64,000 bases of DNA, from NCBI GenBank assembly GCA_040755995.1, contig JBFMAF010000021.1:36574-100573 (forward strand). Direction: 5' to 3'. The notes under the pieces were generated by a model. It saw nothing but the letters and a program-made list of their open reading frames with translations, had not been told where the DNA came from and made no database searches. The position numbers and the translations under genes were made by a program. Shown one piece after another: positions 17,256 to 26,616 of the stretch (position 1 is the stretch's first letter; every line of letters begins with the position of its first letter). The DNA is from Acidobacteriota bacterium (GTDB lineage Bacteria > Acidobacteriota > CAIWXX01).

Positions 17256-18956
17256 CTAGTAGCCGATAGTCCTGCCCCATCTGCGAGAGTCGCTCGCACC
17301 GAGCCACATCTGAGCTTCCGGATCAAACCAGATCCCCTGAGCGTCACCCCATGTGCCGTCGGCAACGACTATCTTGTGACCCATCGCTTCGAGGGCCGAG
17401 ATCCCGTCGGCCGTAAGGCAGCGAGGCTCGACCTTTATCTGGTCCGGCAGATATTGGTGGTGGAATCGCGGCTGATCGATCGCCTCCTGGATGTCCATTC
17501 CATGATCGATCAGGTTGATCAGGATCTGGATGACCGTGGTCGGGATGGTCGAGCCGCCGGGTGAGCCTACGACCCCCATGAGGTTGCCGTCCTTGACTAC
17601 TATTGTCGGCGTCATCGAACTGAGCATGCGCTTGCGCGGCTGAATCGAATTGGCCTCGGAACCGACCAGCCCATACATGTTCGGATGACCCGGGCTCGCC
17701 GAGAAGTCGTCCATCTCATTATTGAACAGCATTCCGGCAGCCATACGGCCGCATCCATAAGCACCGTTCAACGTGTAGGTCGTGGACACGGCGTTCCCGG
17801 CCGCGTCGACGACACAGTAGTGCGTGGTCTCCAAGGCCTCGTGCTGGCGCCCTTCCAGCATCGAGCTTGCGGTCGCCCGCGCTGGATCAATCGTCTCTCT
17901 CAACCTGACGGCGTATTCCTTGCTCGTCAGCTTCGCGGCATCAATCCGAACGAAGTCGGGATCGCCAAGGAATCGAGCGCGATCGCAGTAGGCGCGGCGC
18001 ATGGCCTCGGCGATCCAGTGGACGGCCCTGGAGGAGTGAAAGCCGAGCGATCGCAGGTCGACCGGCTCCAGCGTGTTGAGCACCTGGGCCAGGATGATTC
18101 CACCCGAGCTGGGCGGCGGCATCGAGTACATTTCGTACCCGCGGTAGGTCAGCCTGATCGGCTCGCGCCACACGGGCTTGTAGCTCTCGAGATCCTCCCG
18201 CGTGATCAGCCCTCCTCCACTGCCCACGACCTCCGCGATCTCCTTCGCGATTCGGCCACGGTAATAGGCCGCAGGTCCATCCCTCTGAATCGTCGCGATC
18301 GTGGCAGCGAGCGCGGGCTGCTTGAACAGTTCACCTTCCTCGAAGAACTTGCCATTGCGCAGGAAAAGCGCGTCGGACTCCGGGAAGCTGCCGAGCAGGT
18401 CCTTCTCTTCGCGTAGCGACTGCGCCAGCGAGTACGGCACCGCGAATCCCGCTTCAGCCAGCTCGCGCGCGGGTTCGAGTAGTTTGTCGAACGGCAGGTG
18501 GCCTAGCTTCCGGTGCAGCTCGTAGAGGCCGGCAACAGTGCCGGGTACACCGGCGGCCAGGAATCCTTCGCGCGAGAGATGATCATCGACCTTGCCTGTT
18601 GCATCCACGTACATGTTCCGGGAGGCGGCCTCTGGCGCGGTCTCGCGATAATCGAGCGCAACGACACGCCCGTCGGCTGTGCGAACCACCGAGAAGCCGC
18701 CGCCGGCCAGATTGCCCGCCTGCGGATATGTCACTGCGAGCGCGAAGCCGACCGCTACTGTCGCGTCAACAGCGTTGCCGCCCGCCTGGAGTATCTGCAC
18801 GCCCATACCGCTGGCGATGGACTCTGCGCTGGCCACCATGGCATGCGGAGCCCGAACAGGGTGCGGCGACGCGGCGCGACACGGGGCCGCGGCGGCGGCG
18901 CCCATCGCAAGGATCAGCCCGGCCCCGATCGAGCGCCAGCCCATGTCCGGGCGCAT
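17256..18956 (-). CDS. ggt: Gamma-glutamyltransferase
   Basis: GGNAVDA, DYRETAP, PPPSSGG, catalytic ETTHY, NNEMDDF, LSSMTPT, GSPGGSTI; start could be 18956 or 18944. Confidence 0.95.
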   Translation of the reverse strand: MRPDMGWRSIGAGLILAMGAAAAAPCRAASPHPVRAPHAMVASAESIASGMGVQILQAGGNAVDATVAVGFALAVTYPQAGNLAGGGFSVVRTADGRVVALDYRETAPEAASRNMYVDATGKVDDHLSREGFLAAGVPGTVAGLYELHRKLGHLPFDKLLEPARELAEAGFAVPYSLAQSLREEKDLLGSFPESDALFLRNGKFFEEGELFKQPALAATIATIQRDGPAAYYRGRIAKEIAEVVGSGGGLITREDLESYKPVWREPIRLTYRGYEMYSMPPPSSGGIILAQVLNTLEPVDLRSLGFHSSRAVHWIAEAMRRAYCDRARFLGDPDFVRIDAAKLTSKEYAVRLRETIDPARATASSMLEGRQHEALETTHYCVVDAAGNAVSTTYTLNGAYGCGRMAAGMLFNNEMDDFSASPGHPNMYGLVGSEANSIQPRKRMLSSMTPTIVVKDGNLMGVVGSPGGSTIPTTVIQILINLIDHGMDIQEAIDQPRFHHQYLPDQIKVEPRCLTADGISALEAMGHKIVVADGTWGDAQGIWFDPEAQMWLGASDSRRWGRTIGY

Positions 18957-19058
18957 CACCGCGTCTCCGGGTCTCCGCGTCGGCGCGTCGGTACCGCCTG
19001 GGAATCGCGAAGCATCCGGGTTTCCGGCCTCCAAGCCCTATGGCCAAGAAAAAACAAA

Positions 19059-19134
19059 TGGCGCGCCTGGCAGGAGTCGAACCTGCAACCTGCGGCTCCG
19101 GAGGCCGACGCTCTATCCTTTGAGCTACAGGCGC
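19059..19134 (-). tRNA. tRNA-Arg (anticodon CCG)
   Basis: GCGCCTG acceptor, D-arm GCTC/GAGC, anticodon loop CT-CCG-GA, T-arm GCAGG-TTCGACT-CCTGC, encoded CCA; 76 nt. Confidence 0.97.
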
Positions 19135-19214
19135 GCAACAACGTGATGATAACCGAAAAGCAGGGCGCGACGCAAACTCAAACTACTGTTTGTGATCGCG
19201 TTGGGCCGGTGAAA

Positions 19215-19348
19215 GAGACGCGGAGACACGGTGACGCGGCGATGCGGTGAGGCCGTGACGCCGAGGCGCGCATGAGGCTGTCTCTGCGCGTTTCCCCGTC
19301 TCCGTTTCTCCCATTCCCCCTTTCCCCGATTCTCCGTTTCCCCGCGTC
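19215..19348. repeat. Pair of oppositely oriented degenerate 8-mer tandem arrays
   Basis: gagacgcg gagacacg gtgacgcg gcgatgcg (19215-19250) and tctccgtt tctcccat tccccctt tccccgat tctccgtt tccccgcg (19299-19348). Confidence 0.75.
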
Positions 19349-19470
19349 AGCTCCATGTAAGCAGCCGGCACGCGAACGAGACAGCCTGGAAGAAGCACCA
19401 CAGCCTGGAAAAAACAGCTATTGCGGGCCGCTTGGAGCTTGATGTATAAATTGAGTCAGGTGGGATTCAA

Positions 19471-20049
19471 ATGATAGTCCAGTGCACTGAGTGCCACACC
19501 AAGTACAAGGTTGACGACTCCAAGTTCGCCGGCAAGCCCGCCAAGAAGATCAAGTGCCCGAAGTGCGCGCACATCTTCGAGGTGAAGAATCCGGCGGCAT
19601 CGACTCAGGCGCCTCGCCGCGCCGCGGTGGAGGAGCCTCCGGAGGCTCCGCCGGACGAGACGACGGACATGAAGGAGAGCCGCGAGCGGATGGTTGCGGA
19701 CATGATGGGCGGAGGCGTCCTGGAACTGCCGCCCGACAAGAAGCTCTCATTGGCCGTCATCCGTGGAGCCAACCAGGGCAAGATCTTCCCGATCGACAAG
19801 CCGCGGATGACGATCGGGCGCTCCAGCGCCGACATCGTCGTGAATGACCTGGAGGTCTCCCGCCAGCATGCTGCGATCGAGGTCTTCTCCGACAAGTACG
19901 TCCTGCGGGATTTGAACTCGACCAATGGGACGTTCGTCGAGGGGGTGAAGATCAAGTTCCAGCCGCTGGACAACCACTCGGAGTTCCGGGTCGGCAATAC
20001 GACGCTGATGCTGATCGTGACGGGTACGGAAGAAGACGAGATGCTGTAG
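19471..20049 (+). CDS. Zinc-ribbon (MJ0042-type) + FHA domain protein
   Basis: CTECHTKY...CPKCAHIF; FHA motifs IGRSS, VSRQHA, DLNSTNGTF; promoter-like TTGCGG-18-TATAAA at 19421-19450. Confidence 0.9.
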   Translation: MIVQCTECHTKYKVDDSKFAGKPAKKIKCPKCAHIFEVKNPAASTQAPRRAAVEEPPEAPPDETTDMKESRERMVADMMGGGVLELPPDKKLSLAVIRGANQGKIFPIDKPRMTIGRSSADIVVNDLEVSRQHAAIEVFSDKYVLRDLNSTNGTFVEGVKIKFQPLDNHSEFRVGNTTLMLIVTGTEEDEML

Positions 20050-20342
20050 CGCGCCGCGCGAGGTCCCTGGCGACATGTAGCCGACCGCCTCGGCGCAACC
20101 TCCGTGCGCCCGTTTTTCTAGAACAGAATCGGAACTGGGCCATGCGATTGACTCTTCTGGCTTCCTATTGATCGCGGGCCACGACTGATCGTACTGCGCA
20201 GGCGCCGGGCCCGTTTCGATACACCTATTCGGCTTTTCGTATTCGACTCCAAACAATTGGATGGATCGAGGTATGTGCACACGGTCAGGGCGATACAGAT
20301 TCGTGTTTTCAATGGCTTAGGATGCGGCTCTGCAGTGGGCCG

Positions 20343-20359
20343 TTGGCACTCATATTGCA
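20343..20359 (+). promoter_or_regulatory. sigma54 -24/-12 promoter
   Basis: TTGGCACTCATATTGCA matches TGGCAC-N5-TTGCA; IHF-like TTTCAA-TGGC-TTA at 20307-20319. Confidence 0.78.
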
Positions 20360-20636
20360 CAGAATTGCTAATCAGAGGGTTTTCTGCCTAAGCGGAATTT
20401 TGGGGACTTTGCTCAAGGAGGTGGACCAGCGCTTAATCAAGAGTCCATTTCGAGGGACAAGGTCGGTGGTGCAGGCCACTGACCCTGGGTGAATGGTAAC
20501 CCGTGAGGAGGCCGAGGGGACTTTGCAGGGGTGGCTGGCGGACCGAGAGGGGAGCCAGGCAGTGGCCTGGGAGGAAGGAAGCAGAGGCGGCCCTGCGGTG
20601 CCCGCATGATCGGCTCTTCATAGAAAGGAGAAGTTG

Positions 20637-23564
20637 ATGAGGGGTTCAATGAAGAACAGTCTGCTGATGGTCATTGCGACCATGCTTTTCGCCTGCCCGC
20701 TGGTATTCGGCCAGGCGGACACTGGCACGATCGAAGGCATCGTGACGGATACCGAGGGCGGGGTGATCCCTGGGGCCACAGTCACGGGCAAGAACGTTGC
20801 CACGGGCATGACCCGTATCGACACGACATCCATCAACGGCGGCTTCAGGCTTTCGGCGATGCCGCCGGGCGTGTACAACGTGACGGTCGAGTTGGCGGGC
20901 TTCGCCACGGTGATTCATGAGAACGTGACGGTGAACGTCGGCAAGTCCATAGATCTCGACTTCCAGCTGACTGCTGCGAAGGTGGCCGAGACAGTGACGG
21001 TCACAGCCGAGGCGCCGTTGGTGGAATCGACCGAGTCGGATCTCTCCACGATCGTCAACGAGAAGCTCATTTCGAACCTCCCGTTGAACGGCCGCAAGTT
21101 CCAAGATCTCGCGCTGATGGCGCCGGGCGTCAGGACTGGCAACTACTACGATCCGACTAAGACCGAGATCGGCGGTACGTCGATGGGCGGCCAGCAGGGC
21201 CGCACGACCTTCTTCTCGATCGACGGCGGTGACGACCGCGACACGGTAGTTGGCGGCCTGCTCCAGCAGTACCCGCAGGAGGCCATTCAGGAGTACGAGG
21301 TCACGACACAGCGGTTCAAGGCCGAGTATGGCCGATCGCCGCAAGGTGTGGTGAGCGTTGTCACCAAGAGCGGGACCAACGAATTCTCGGGCAGCATCTT
21401 TGGCTTTTTCCGCGATGACTCGCTGAACTCGAACAACTATTTCAACGAGAAGGTCCGAATCCAGGGGGAGGACATCGACCGTCCTGACGATCCCAGTGAT
21501 CCGAACCACAAGCGCGAGAAGCCCCCGTTCAGCCAGCAGATGTACGGTGGATCGTTCGGCGGCCCGATCGCGCAGGACAAGGCGTTCTTCTTCGCCACCT
21601 ACGAGCACAACACGCGCAACGACTACACGACGATCGATACCGGCGGACGTCTCCCGAGCGAGGAAGGGAACTTCGCGAAGCCGTTCAAGAACGACATGGT
21701 AGTTGCCAAGGCGAACTTCAACATCTCGTCCGACAACAACATGTACGTGCGCTACGGCATGGAGAACAACAAGCGCGACCACGACTTCATCGGCGGCAAC
21801 ACGCTGAAGAACTCGGGAGCCAAGAACACCAACAAGTTCCACTCAGTTCTGGCTGCGGACACGTGGGTGCTGTCGGCGGACAAGCTGAACGAGATCCACT
21901 TCCAGTACTCGTACTTCAAGAACGACATCCGGGCGGAGCGGAGCGACTTGCCGGCGATCGTCCTGCCGTCGTACAACTTCGGCGCAAATCTCAACACGCC
22001 GCAGCAGACGATCCAGAAGCGCTACCAGATCCGAGACGATTTCTCGATGAGGAAGACGGGGTGGATGGGCGATCACGACATGAAGATCGGGGTGGAGATC
22101 ATCCGGACGCACTTCGGCGGGTTCTTCGTCCCGACGTTGTACGGCGTATTCCGGTACGACACGGATGACTACCAGAACGCGCAGGCAACCTCGTTCAGCG
22201 GCTCGGCCTCACTCTACAGCTTGGAGGAAGGCGGAGGCGGCGCCAACGAGAACTGGCATTACTTCGCCGGCTACTACCAGGATGACTGGAAGGTCAGCAA
22301 CAAGCTCACGATCAATGCCGGCCTGCGGTATGAAGTCGAGTTCGGGCCGTTCGAGTACCGGAATGCGACCAAGCCAGGCGACCTGGTCAACTCGCTGGGG
22401 CCCGGCACTGGGCTCACGCCGACATCCGATCGCAAGACCGACACCAACAATCTCGGCCCCCGCATCGGGTTCGCTTATGACGTGGCAGGCGATGCAAAGA
22501 CGGTCATTCGCGGCGGCTACGGCTTGTACTACGACGAGCTCTTCCAGAACATCACGTTGTACGAAGGCTGGATGAACTACAACAACCCGACGCAGTTCGT
22601 CAGCTTCGCGAACCCCGACTTCACGCCCGAGGACTACATCAAGAACAAGGACTACTACCGCAGGATCTGGTTCACGCCCGACTGGACCGGCCAGGTCCTG
22701 AGGATGACCGAGAACAGCTTGGTGCAACCATACAGCCAGCAGTTCTCCATCGGCGCCTCCAGGCAGCTCACCGACCGGGTGGCGTTCGACGCAGATTACG
22801 TGCACGTGCTGAGCCTGGATGAAGTCCATCGCCGGGTGGTCAACGGCGGCAACGCCAGGGCCGGCTACGCAGACCGGAGCACTGCGATCATGTGGCCCGA
22901 TTACGGCCCGATCTACCTCGAGGGCAACCGCGGTCACTCCATGTACGACGCTCTGCAAGTGGCGATGCGCGCCCGCTACAGCAAGATGTCCCTGCAAGCG
23001 TCGTACGCCTACAGCAAGGCGAAGAACATCGCGAACGACTTCAATACGCAGCCGAGCAATCAGAACGACTGGGAAGCCGACTGGGGCTACGCGCCTAACG
23101 ACCAGACCCATGTCTTCGCGCTTGGCGGCGTATTCGCCCTGCCTTGGGATTTCCAGGTGAGCTCGGTCGTCGCAGCGCGCAGTGGCAAGCCTTTCAACAC
23201 GCGCGCAGGGCAGAACCTGGACAATCAGGGAGGCAGCGGCGCTGACAGGCCAACGCCGGGGGTCACCGTGCTGCCCGATGGGTCGATCTACAGCGGTACC
23301 GCCGATCGCAATGCCAATCGGGCTAGCAACTTCATCAGCTTGGACTTCCGAGTTTCGAAGATCTTCAGGCTGGGGGACCGCGCTGGCATCGAGGCGCTGT
23401 TCGAGGTGTTCAACCTGACGAACCACGCGAACTTCGACGTGGACAACTACATCACGAGCATCCGCTCCAGCGCGGACGCCAGCACACTGACCAACGGCTT
23501 CGGCGATCCGACTAACGCCTTCGCACCGCGCCAGGCGCAGTTCGGCTTGAAGTTCACCTTCTAG
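20637..23564 (+). CDS. TonB-dependent receptor, Oar-like
   Basis: Signal peptide; GTIEGIVTDTEGGVIPGATV; LPLNGRKF; EAIQEYEV...AEYGRS...TKSGTNEFSG; NLGPRIGFAYD; terminal QFGLKFTF; start 20637 or 20649. Confidence 0.93.
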   Translation: MRGSMKNSLLMVIATMLFACPLVFGQADTGTIEGIVTDTEGGVIPGATVTGKNVATGMTRIDTTSINGGFRLSAMPPGVYNVTVELAGFATVIHENVTVNVGKSIDLDFQLTAAKVAETVTVTAEAPLVESTESDLSTIVNEKLISNLPLNGRKFQDLALMAPGVRTGNYYDPTKTEIGGTSMGGQQGRTTFFSIDGGDDRDTVVGGLLQQYPQEAIQEYEVTTQRFKAEYGRSPQGVVSVVTKSGTNEFSGSIFGFFRDDSLNSNNYFNEKVRIQGEDIDRPDDPSDPNHKREKPPFSQQMYGGSFGGPIAQDKAFFFATYEHNTRNDYTTIDTGGRLPSEEGNFAKPFKNDMVVAKANFNISSDNNMYVRYGMENNKRDHDFIGGNTLKNSGAKNTNKFHSVLAADTWVLSADKLNEIHFQYSYFKNDIRAERSDLPAIVLPSYNFGANLNTPQQTIQKRYQIRDDFSMRKTGWMGDHDMKIGVEIIRTHFGGFFVPTLYGVFRYDTDDYQNAQATSFSGSASLYSLEEGGGGANENWHYFAGYYQDDWKVSNKLTINAGLRYEVEFGPFEYRNATKPGDLVNSLGPGTGLTPTSDRKTDTNNLGPRIGFAYDVAGDAKTVIRGGYGLYYDELFQNITLYEGWMNYNNPTQFVSFANPDFTPEDYIKNKDYYRRIWFTPDWTGQVLRMTENSLVQPYSQQFSIGASRQLTDRVAFDADYVHVLSLDEVHRRVVNGGNARAGYADRSTAIMWPDYGPIYLEGNRGHSMYDALQVAMRARYSKMSLQASYAYSKAKNIANDFNTQPSNQNDWEADWGYAPNDQTHVFALGGVFALPWDFQVSSVVAARSGKPFNTRAGQNLDNQGGSGADRPTPGVTVLPDGSIYSGTADRNANRASNFISLDFRVSKIFRLGDRAGIEALFEVFNLTNHANFDVDNYITSIRSSADASTLTNGFGDPTNAFAPRQAQFGLKFTF

Positions 23565-23577
23565 CCAGCGGTACTAC

Positions 23578-23610
23578 AAGGGCGGCTCCGAAAGGGGCCG
23601 CCCTTTTTCT
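23578..23610 (+). terminator. Rho-independent terminator
   Basis: AAGGGCGGCTCC-GAAA-GGGGCCGCCCTT followed by a T tract, directly after the receptor stop. Confidence 0.9.
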
Positions 23611-23858
23611 TGTGTGCCTCATCGCGTCGAGGTGGAGATTCGTGGGGAGAGACTCTAGAACTTGCTCGTCGCACCCAGGGCTGCGATTGATCTCTCGAGA
23701 GATCCGTCCGTCCTTGCACTGGAGGACGGCCGCGCAGTCGATGTGAGACTCGGTCCCTGCAACGCGCAGACATGCGGGATCGAGGCCGGTGCTCAGGAGG
23801 GCACCAGGCTGAGGGCAGTGCGATGAGAGTGAGACTATCCGTTGGCCGGAGCGGAGGA

Positions 23859-23949
23859 ATCGCGCTCGTCGGGCTCCTCATCGCGGCCGGCGTATCCCGC
23901 GTACCGCGCTGCGCGGCTCGATCCGGTCGAGGCGCTCGGGTACGAGTAG
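23859..23949 (+). pseudogene. Frameshifted 3' remnant of a MacB/FtsX-type ABC permease
   Basis: IALVGLLIAAG then, after a frameshift, YPAYRAARLDPVEALGYE-stop, the characteristic permease C-terminus; no upstream body. Confidence 0.65.
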
Positions 23950-24012
23950 CGCACGCGGCGCTTGTGGGGCTTCCAGACGGGTGGATGTCGCCACACTCAC
24001 TCGCTCGCGCTG

Positions 24013-24064
24013 CTGACAAACGTGACCGAGTGTGTTACACTCGCCGTGTAACCAGGGGTGTAAC
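24013..24064 (+). promoter_or_regulatory. TA promoter with autoregulatory operator repeats
   Basis: CTGACA-17-TACACT with extended TG; GTTACAC-N5-GTGTAAC inverted repeat (24034-24052) plus a third GTGTAAC (24058-24064). Confidence 0.7.
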
Positions 24065-24067
24065 GCA

Positions 24068-24322
24068 ATGAGCACAATCAAGACCGGGATATCGATCGAC
24101 AGGGTTCTGTTCGACAGGGCCAACCAGACCGCTCGTGATTTGAAACTCAGCAGGAGTATGCTGTTCTCGCGGGCCGTCACTGAGTTTATTGAGCGAAGGC
24201 AGAACAGGAAGCTGCTCGATGAGCTCAACAAGGCCTATGCTGACGGCCCGAGCGAAGAGGAGCGGCGAATCCAGAACGCAATGCGAAAGCACCATAGACG
24301 GCTGGTGGAGGGCTCCTGGTGA
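24068..24322 (+). CDS. Ribbon-helix-helix antitoxin (MazF partner)
   Basis: KTGISIDRVLFDRANQTARDLKLSRSMLFSRAV RHH pattern; GTGA overlap with the toxin gene. Confidence 0.85.
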   Translation: MSTIKTGISIDRVLFDRANQTARDLKLSRSMLFSRAVTEFIERRQNRKLLDELNKAYADGPSEEERRIQNAMRKHHRRLVEGSW

Positions 24323-24672
24323 TCAGGCAGGGCGATATCTATTGGGTCGAGTTGGCCGAGCCGTCAGGCTCGGAGCCAGGCTACCGCCATCCGCACGTCG
24401 TCATCCAGAACAACGTGTTCAATGCCAGCAGGATAAGCACGGTCATGACCTGCGCGCTGACGTCCAACCTGAAGCTCGCGCAGGTGGGTGGAAACGTGCT
24501 GCTCAGGCATGCCGAGGGCAACCTACCGAAGCGCAGAGTCGTTAATGTCTCCCAGGTATACACCGTCGACAGCAGCCGGCTGCTCAAACGAATTGGCGGG
24601 CTGACTGGTGACCGGATGAGAGAGGTGATCGAGGGAGTCCGGGGCGTCATTGAGCCGAAGGAGCCGGGCTAG
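24319..24672 (+). CDS. mazF: PemK/MazF family endoribonuclease toxin
   Basis: RQGDIYWVEL, GSEPGYRHPHVVIQN, ALTSN, VNVSQVYTVD. Confidence 0.92.
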   Translation: MIRQGDIYWVELAEPSGSEPGYRHPHVVIQNNVFNASRISTVMTCALTSNLKLAQVGGNVLLRHAEGNLPKRRVVNVSQVYTVDSSRLLKRIGGLTGDRMREVIEGVRGVIEPKEPG

Positions 24673-24775
24673 CGGGCCGGTTGCCCAAGGTATGTTCTCA
24701 GCGAAGCAGGGTTCTTACGGCGCGTGAGATGGTCCAGTTCTCATCGATGAGGCCGACTGGCAGCGGAAGGACCCG

Positions 24776-25522
24776 ATGACACCCGTGCAGACACTCGATC
24801 TACCCGAGACAGAGGTCCACGTCTGGTGGGCACGAACGGATCCGGCTCCGTCTGGAGCTGCCACTCAGCGACTGCTGGCGATCCTGGATGCCAACGAGCG
24901 GGCCCGATACGCGCGCTTTCATTTCGAGAAGGACCGTGTACTGCACCTCTGCGCGCATGCGCTGCTGCGTGTGCTTTGCAGCCGCTACTGCGGTGGAGCT
25001 CCCGAGTCGCATCGTTTCCTGGCTGGGGAACACGGCCGGCCGTACTCTGAAGGCACGGGCTTCGACTTCAACCTCTCCCACACTCGCGGTCTCGTGGCGT
25101 GTGGGTTCGTCCGCGGTGGGCGCGTGGGCGTCGACGTCGAGTCGATAGACAGGCGTTCCGAATGGAGGCAGCTCATCGGGCGGGTGATGGCTCCGGGCGA
25201 GCAGGCTCGGTTCGGCGACGCGCCCGAGGCGTTCCGGCCGCTCTTCTTCGAGTACTGGACGGTGAAGGAGGCCATTGCGAAGGCGTGGGGAACCGGGTTG
25301 GGGACCGACTTCCGCGGCCTCGAGATCAGCATCCAGGGTGGCACCCCGCAGTTCGTGCACGGGCCCTCAGAGCTCCCGCGCCCGGTGCTCCTGCACCTGG
25401 AGGCACTGGACCAACACCGCCTCGCTGTGGCTGCGACGGCCACCGCCGATTCAGACCGGTCGCGCGCGGTAACAGTTCGTGAGTTTCCGCTGTCCTGGGA
25501 GAGCATGAGTCTGGACTGGTAG
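24776..25522 (+). CDS. Sfp-type 4'-phosphopantetheinyl transferase
   Basis: GEHGRP, FNLSHT, VGVDVE, WTVKEAIAKAWGTGL. Confidence 0.92.
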   Translation: MTPVQTLDLPETEVHVWWARTDPAPSGAATQRLLAILDANERARYARFHFEKDRVLHLCAHALLRVLCSRYCGGAPESHRFLAGEHGRPYSEGTGFDFNLSHTRGLVACGFVRGGRVGVDVESIDRRSEWRQLIGRVMAPGEQARFGDAPEAFRPLFFEYWTVKEAIAKAWGTGLGTDFRGLEISIQGGTPQFVHGPSELPRPVLLHLEALDQHRLAVAATATADSDRSRAVTVREFPLSWESMSLDW

Positions 25523-25689
25523 GGAGGCTCCGCGGCAGACCGGCCGGCTCCTGCCGTCCGAGGGTCCGGTCAGAGGCGGGTACGGGTACGGCTGCGGAAG
25601 GGGGAGGGGGAGCGAGTGAAGTGCGGATGATGGCGATGCTGTGCTACGATAGGAGCTCGGTATCGGGGTTGGGCTGCGAGGAGGCGCGA

Positions 25690-26610
25690 ATGACGCAAGT
25701 CAAGGTGCATGAGGTCGGGTTGCGGGACGGGCTGCAGATCGAGAAGCATACCGTTCCGACCGAGTCGAAGGTTCGCTGGGCGGAGGCGCTCATCGAGGCC
25801 AAGGTCGATGTGATTCAGCTGGGGTCTTTTGTGAACCCGGCGAAAGTACCGCAGATGGCTGACACCGAGCAGCTTTTCGCGCATTTCTCCAAGCTGGGCA
25901 CAAATCGCGCCGTATTGTCCGGGCTTGTGTTGAACGAGAAGGGTCTGGACCGAGGGTTGGCGTGCGGCGTCGAGATGTTCTGCATGGGAGTCTCGGCGAG
26001 CGAAACGCACAGCCGCAAGAACGTCGGCGCCGGGACGGAGGAGGCGGTGCTGCAGATCGTGCCGATGGCGAAGAAGGCCATGGCAGCCCACAAGCGGGTT
26101 CAGGCGTCAGTCCAGTCGGCCTTCGGGTGCGGCTTCGAAGGTGCGATTCCGGCCGAGCGGGTCCTCAAGATCGTCAAGATGTACCTCGACGCCGGTGTCC
26201 GCAACATCAGCCTGGCCGACACGGCCGGTCACGCGAATCCAGCGCAGGTGGAGGCGCTATTCGCGGCCATACGCGACCTGGATTCGCAGGTCGAGCTGGC
26301 CGCTCATTTCCACAACACATACGCGCTCGGCCTGGCGAACTGCTGCGTGGCGATGAAGTCCGGCGTGACGTATATCGAGACGGCCTTCGGCGGCCTCGGC
26401 GGCTGCCCGTTCACCAAGGTGGCTGCCGGGAACGTGTGCACCGAGGATTTCGTGCACACGCTGCAGCGCATGGGGCTACGAACGGATATCCGGCTCTCGT
26501 CGCTCATCGACGTGGCTCGGGACGTGGGCCAGGTCCTCGGCCGGGAATTACCTGGATTCATTCTCAGGGCCGGCTCAATAGTCGACTTCAAGAGGCCGGC
26601 AAAGGAGTAG
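25690..26610 (+). CDS. Hydroxymethylglutaryl-CoA lyase family enzyme (DRE-TIM)
   Basis: EVGLRDGLQ, SASETHSRKN, LADTAG, HFHNT, GGLGGCPF...GNVCTED. Confidence 0.9.
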   Translation: MTQVKVHEVGLRDGLQIEKHTVPTESKVRWAEALIEAKVDVIQLGSFVNPAKVPQMADTEQLFAHFSKLGTNRAVLSGLVLNEKGLDRGLACGVEMFCMGVSASETHSRKNVGAGTEEAVLQIVPMAKKAMAAHKRVQASVQSAFGCGFEGAIPAERVLKIVKMYLDAGVRNISLADTAGHANPAQVEALFAAIRDLDSQVELAAHFHNTYALGLANCCVAMKSGVTYIETAFGGLGGCPFTKVAAGNVCTEDFVHTLQRMGLRTDIRLSSLIDVARDVGQVLGRELPGFILRAGSIVDFKRPAKE

Positions 26611-26616
26611 AACTGC

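Noticed and set aside
19059..19134. tRNA-Arg as an island or prophage attachment site
   Set aside because: No integrase and no duplicated tRNA 3' end seen in the window
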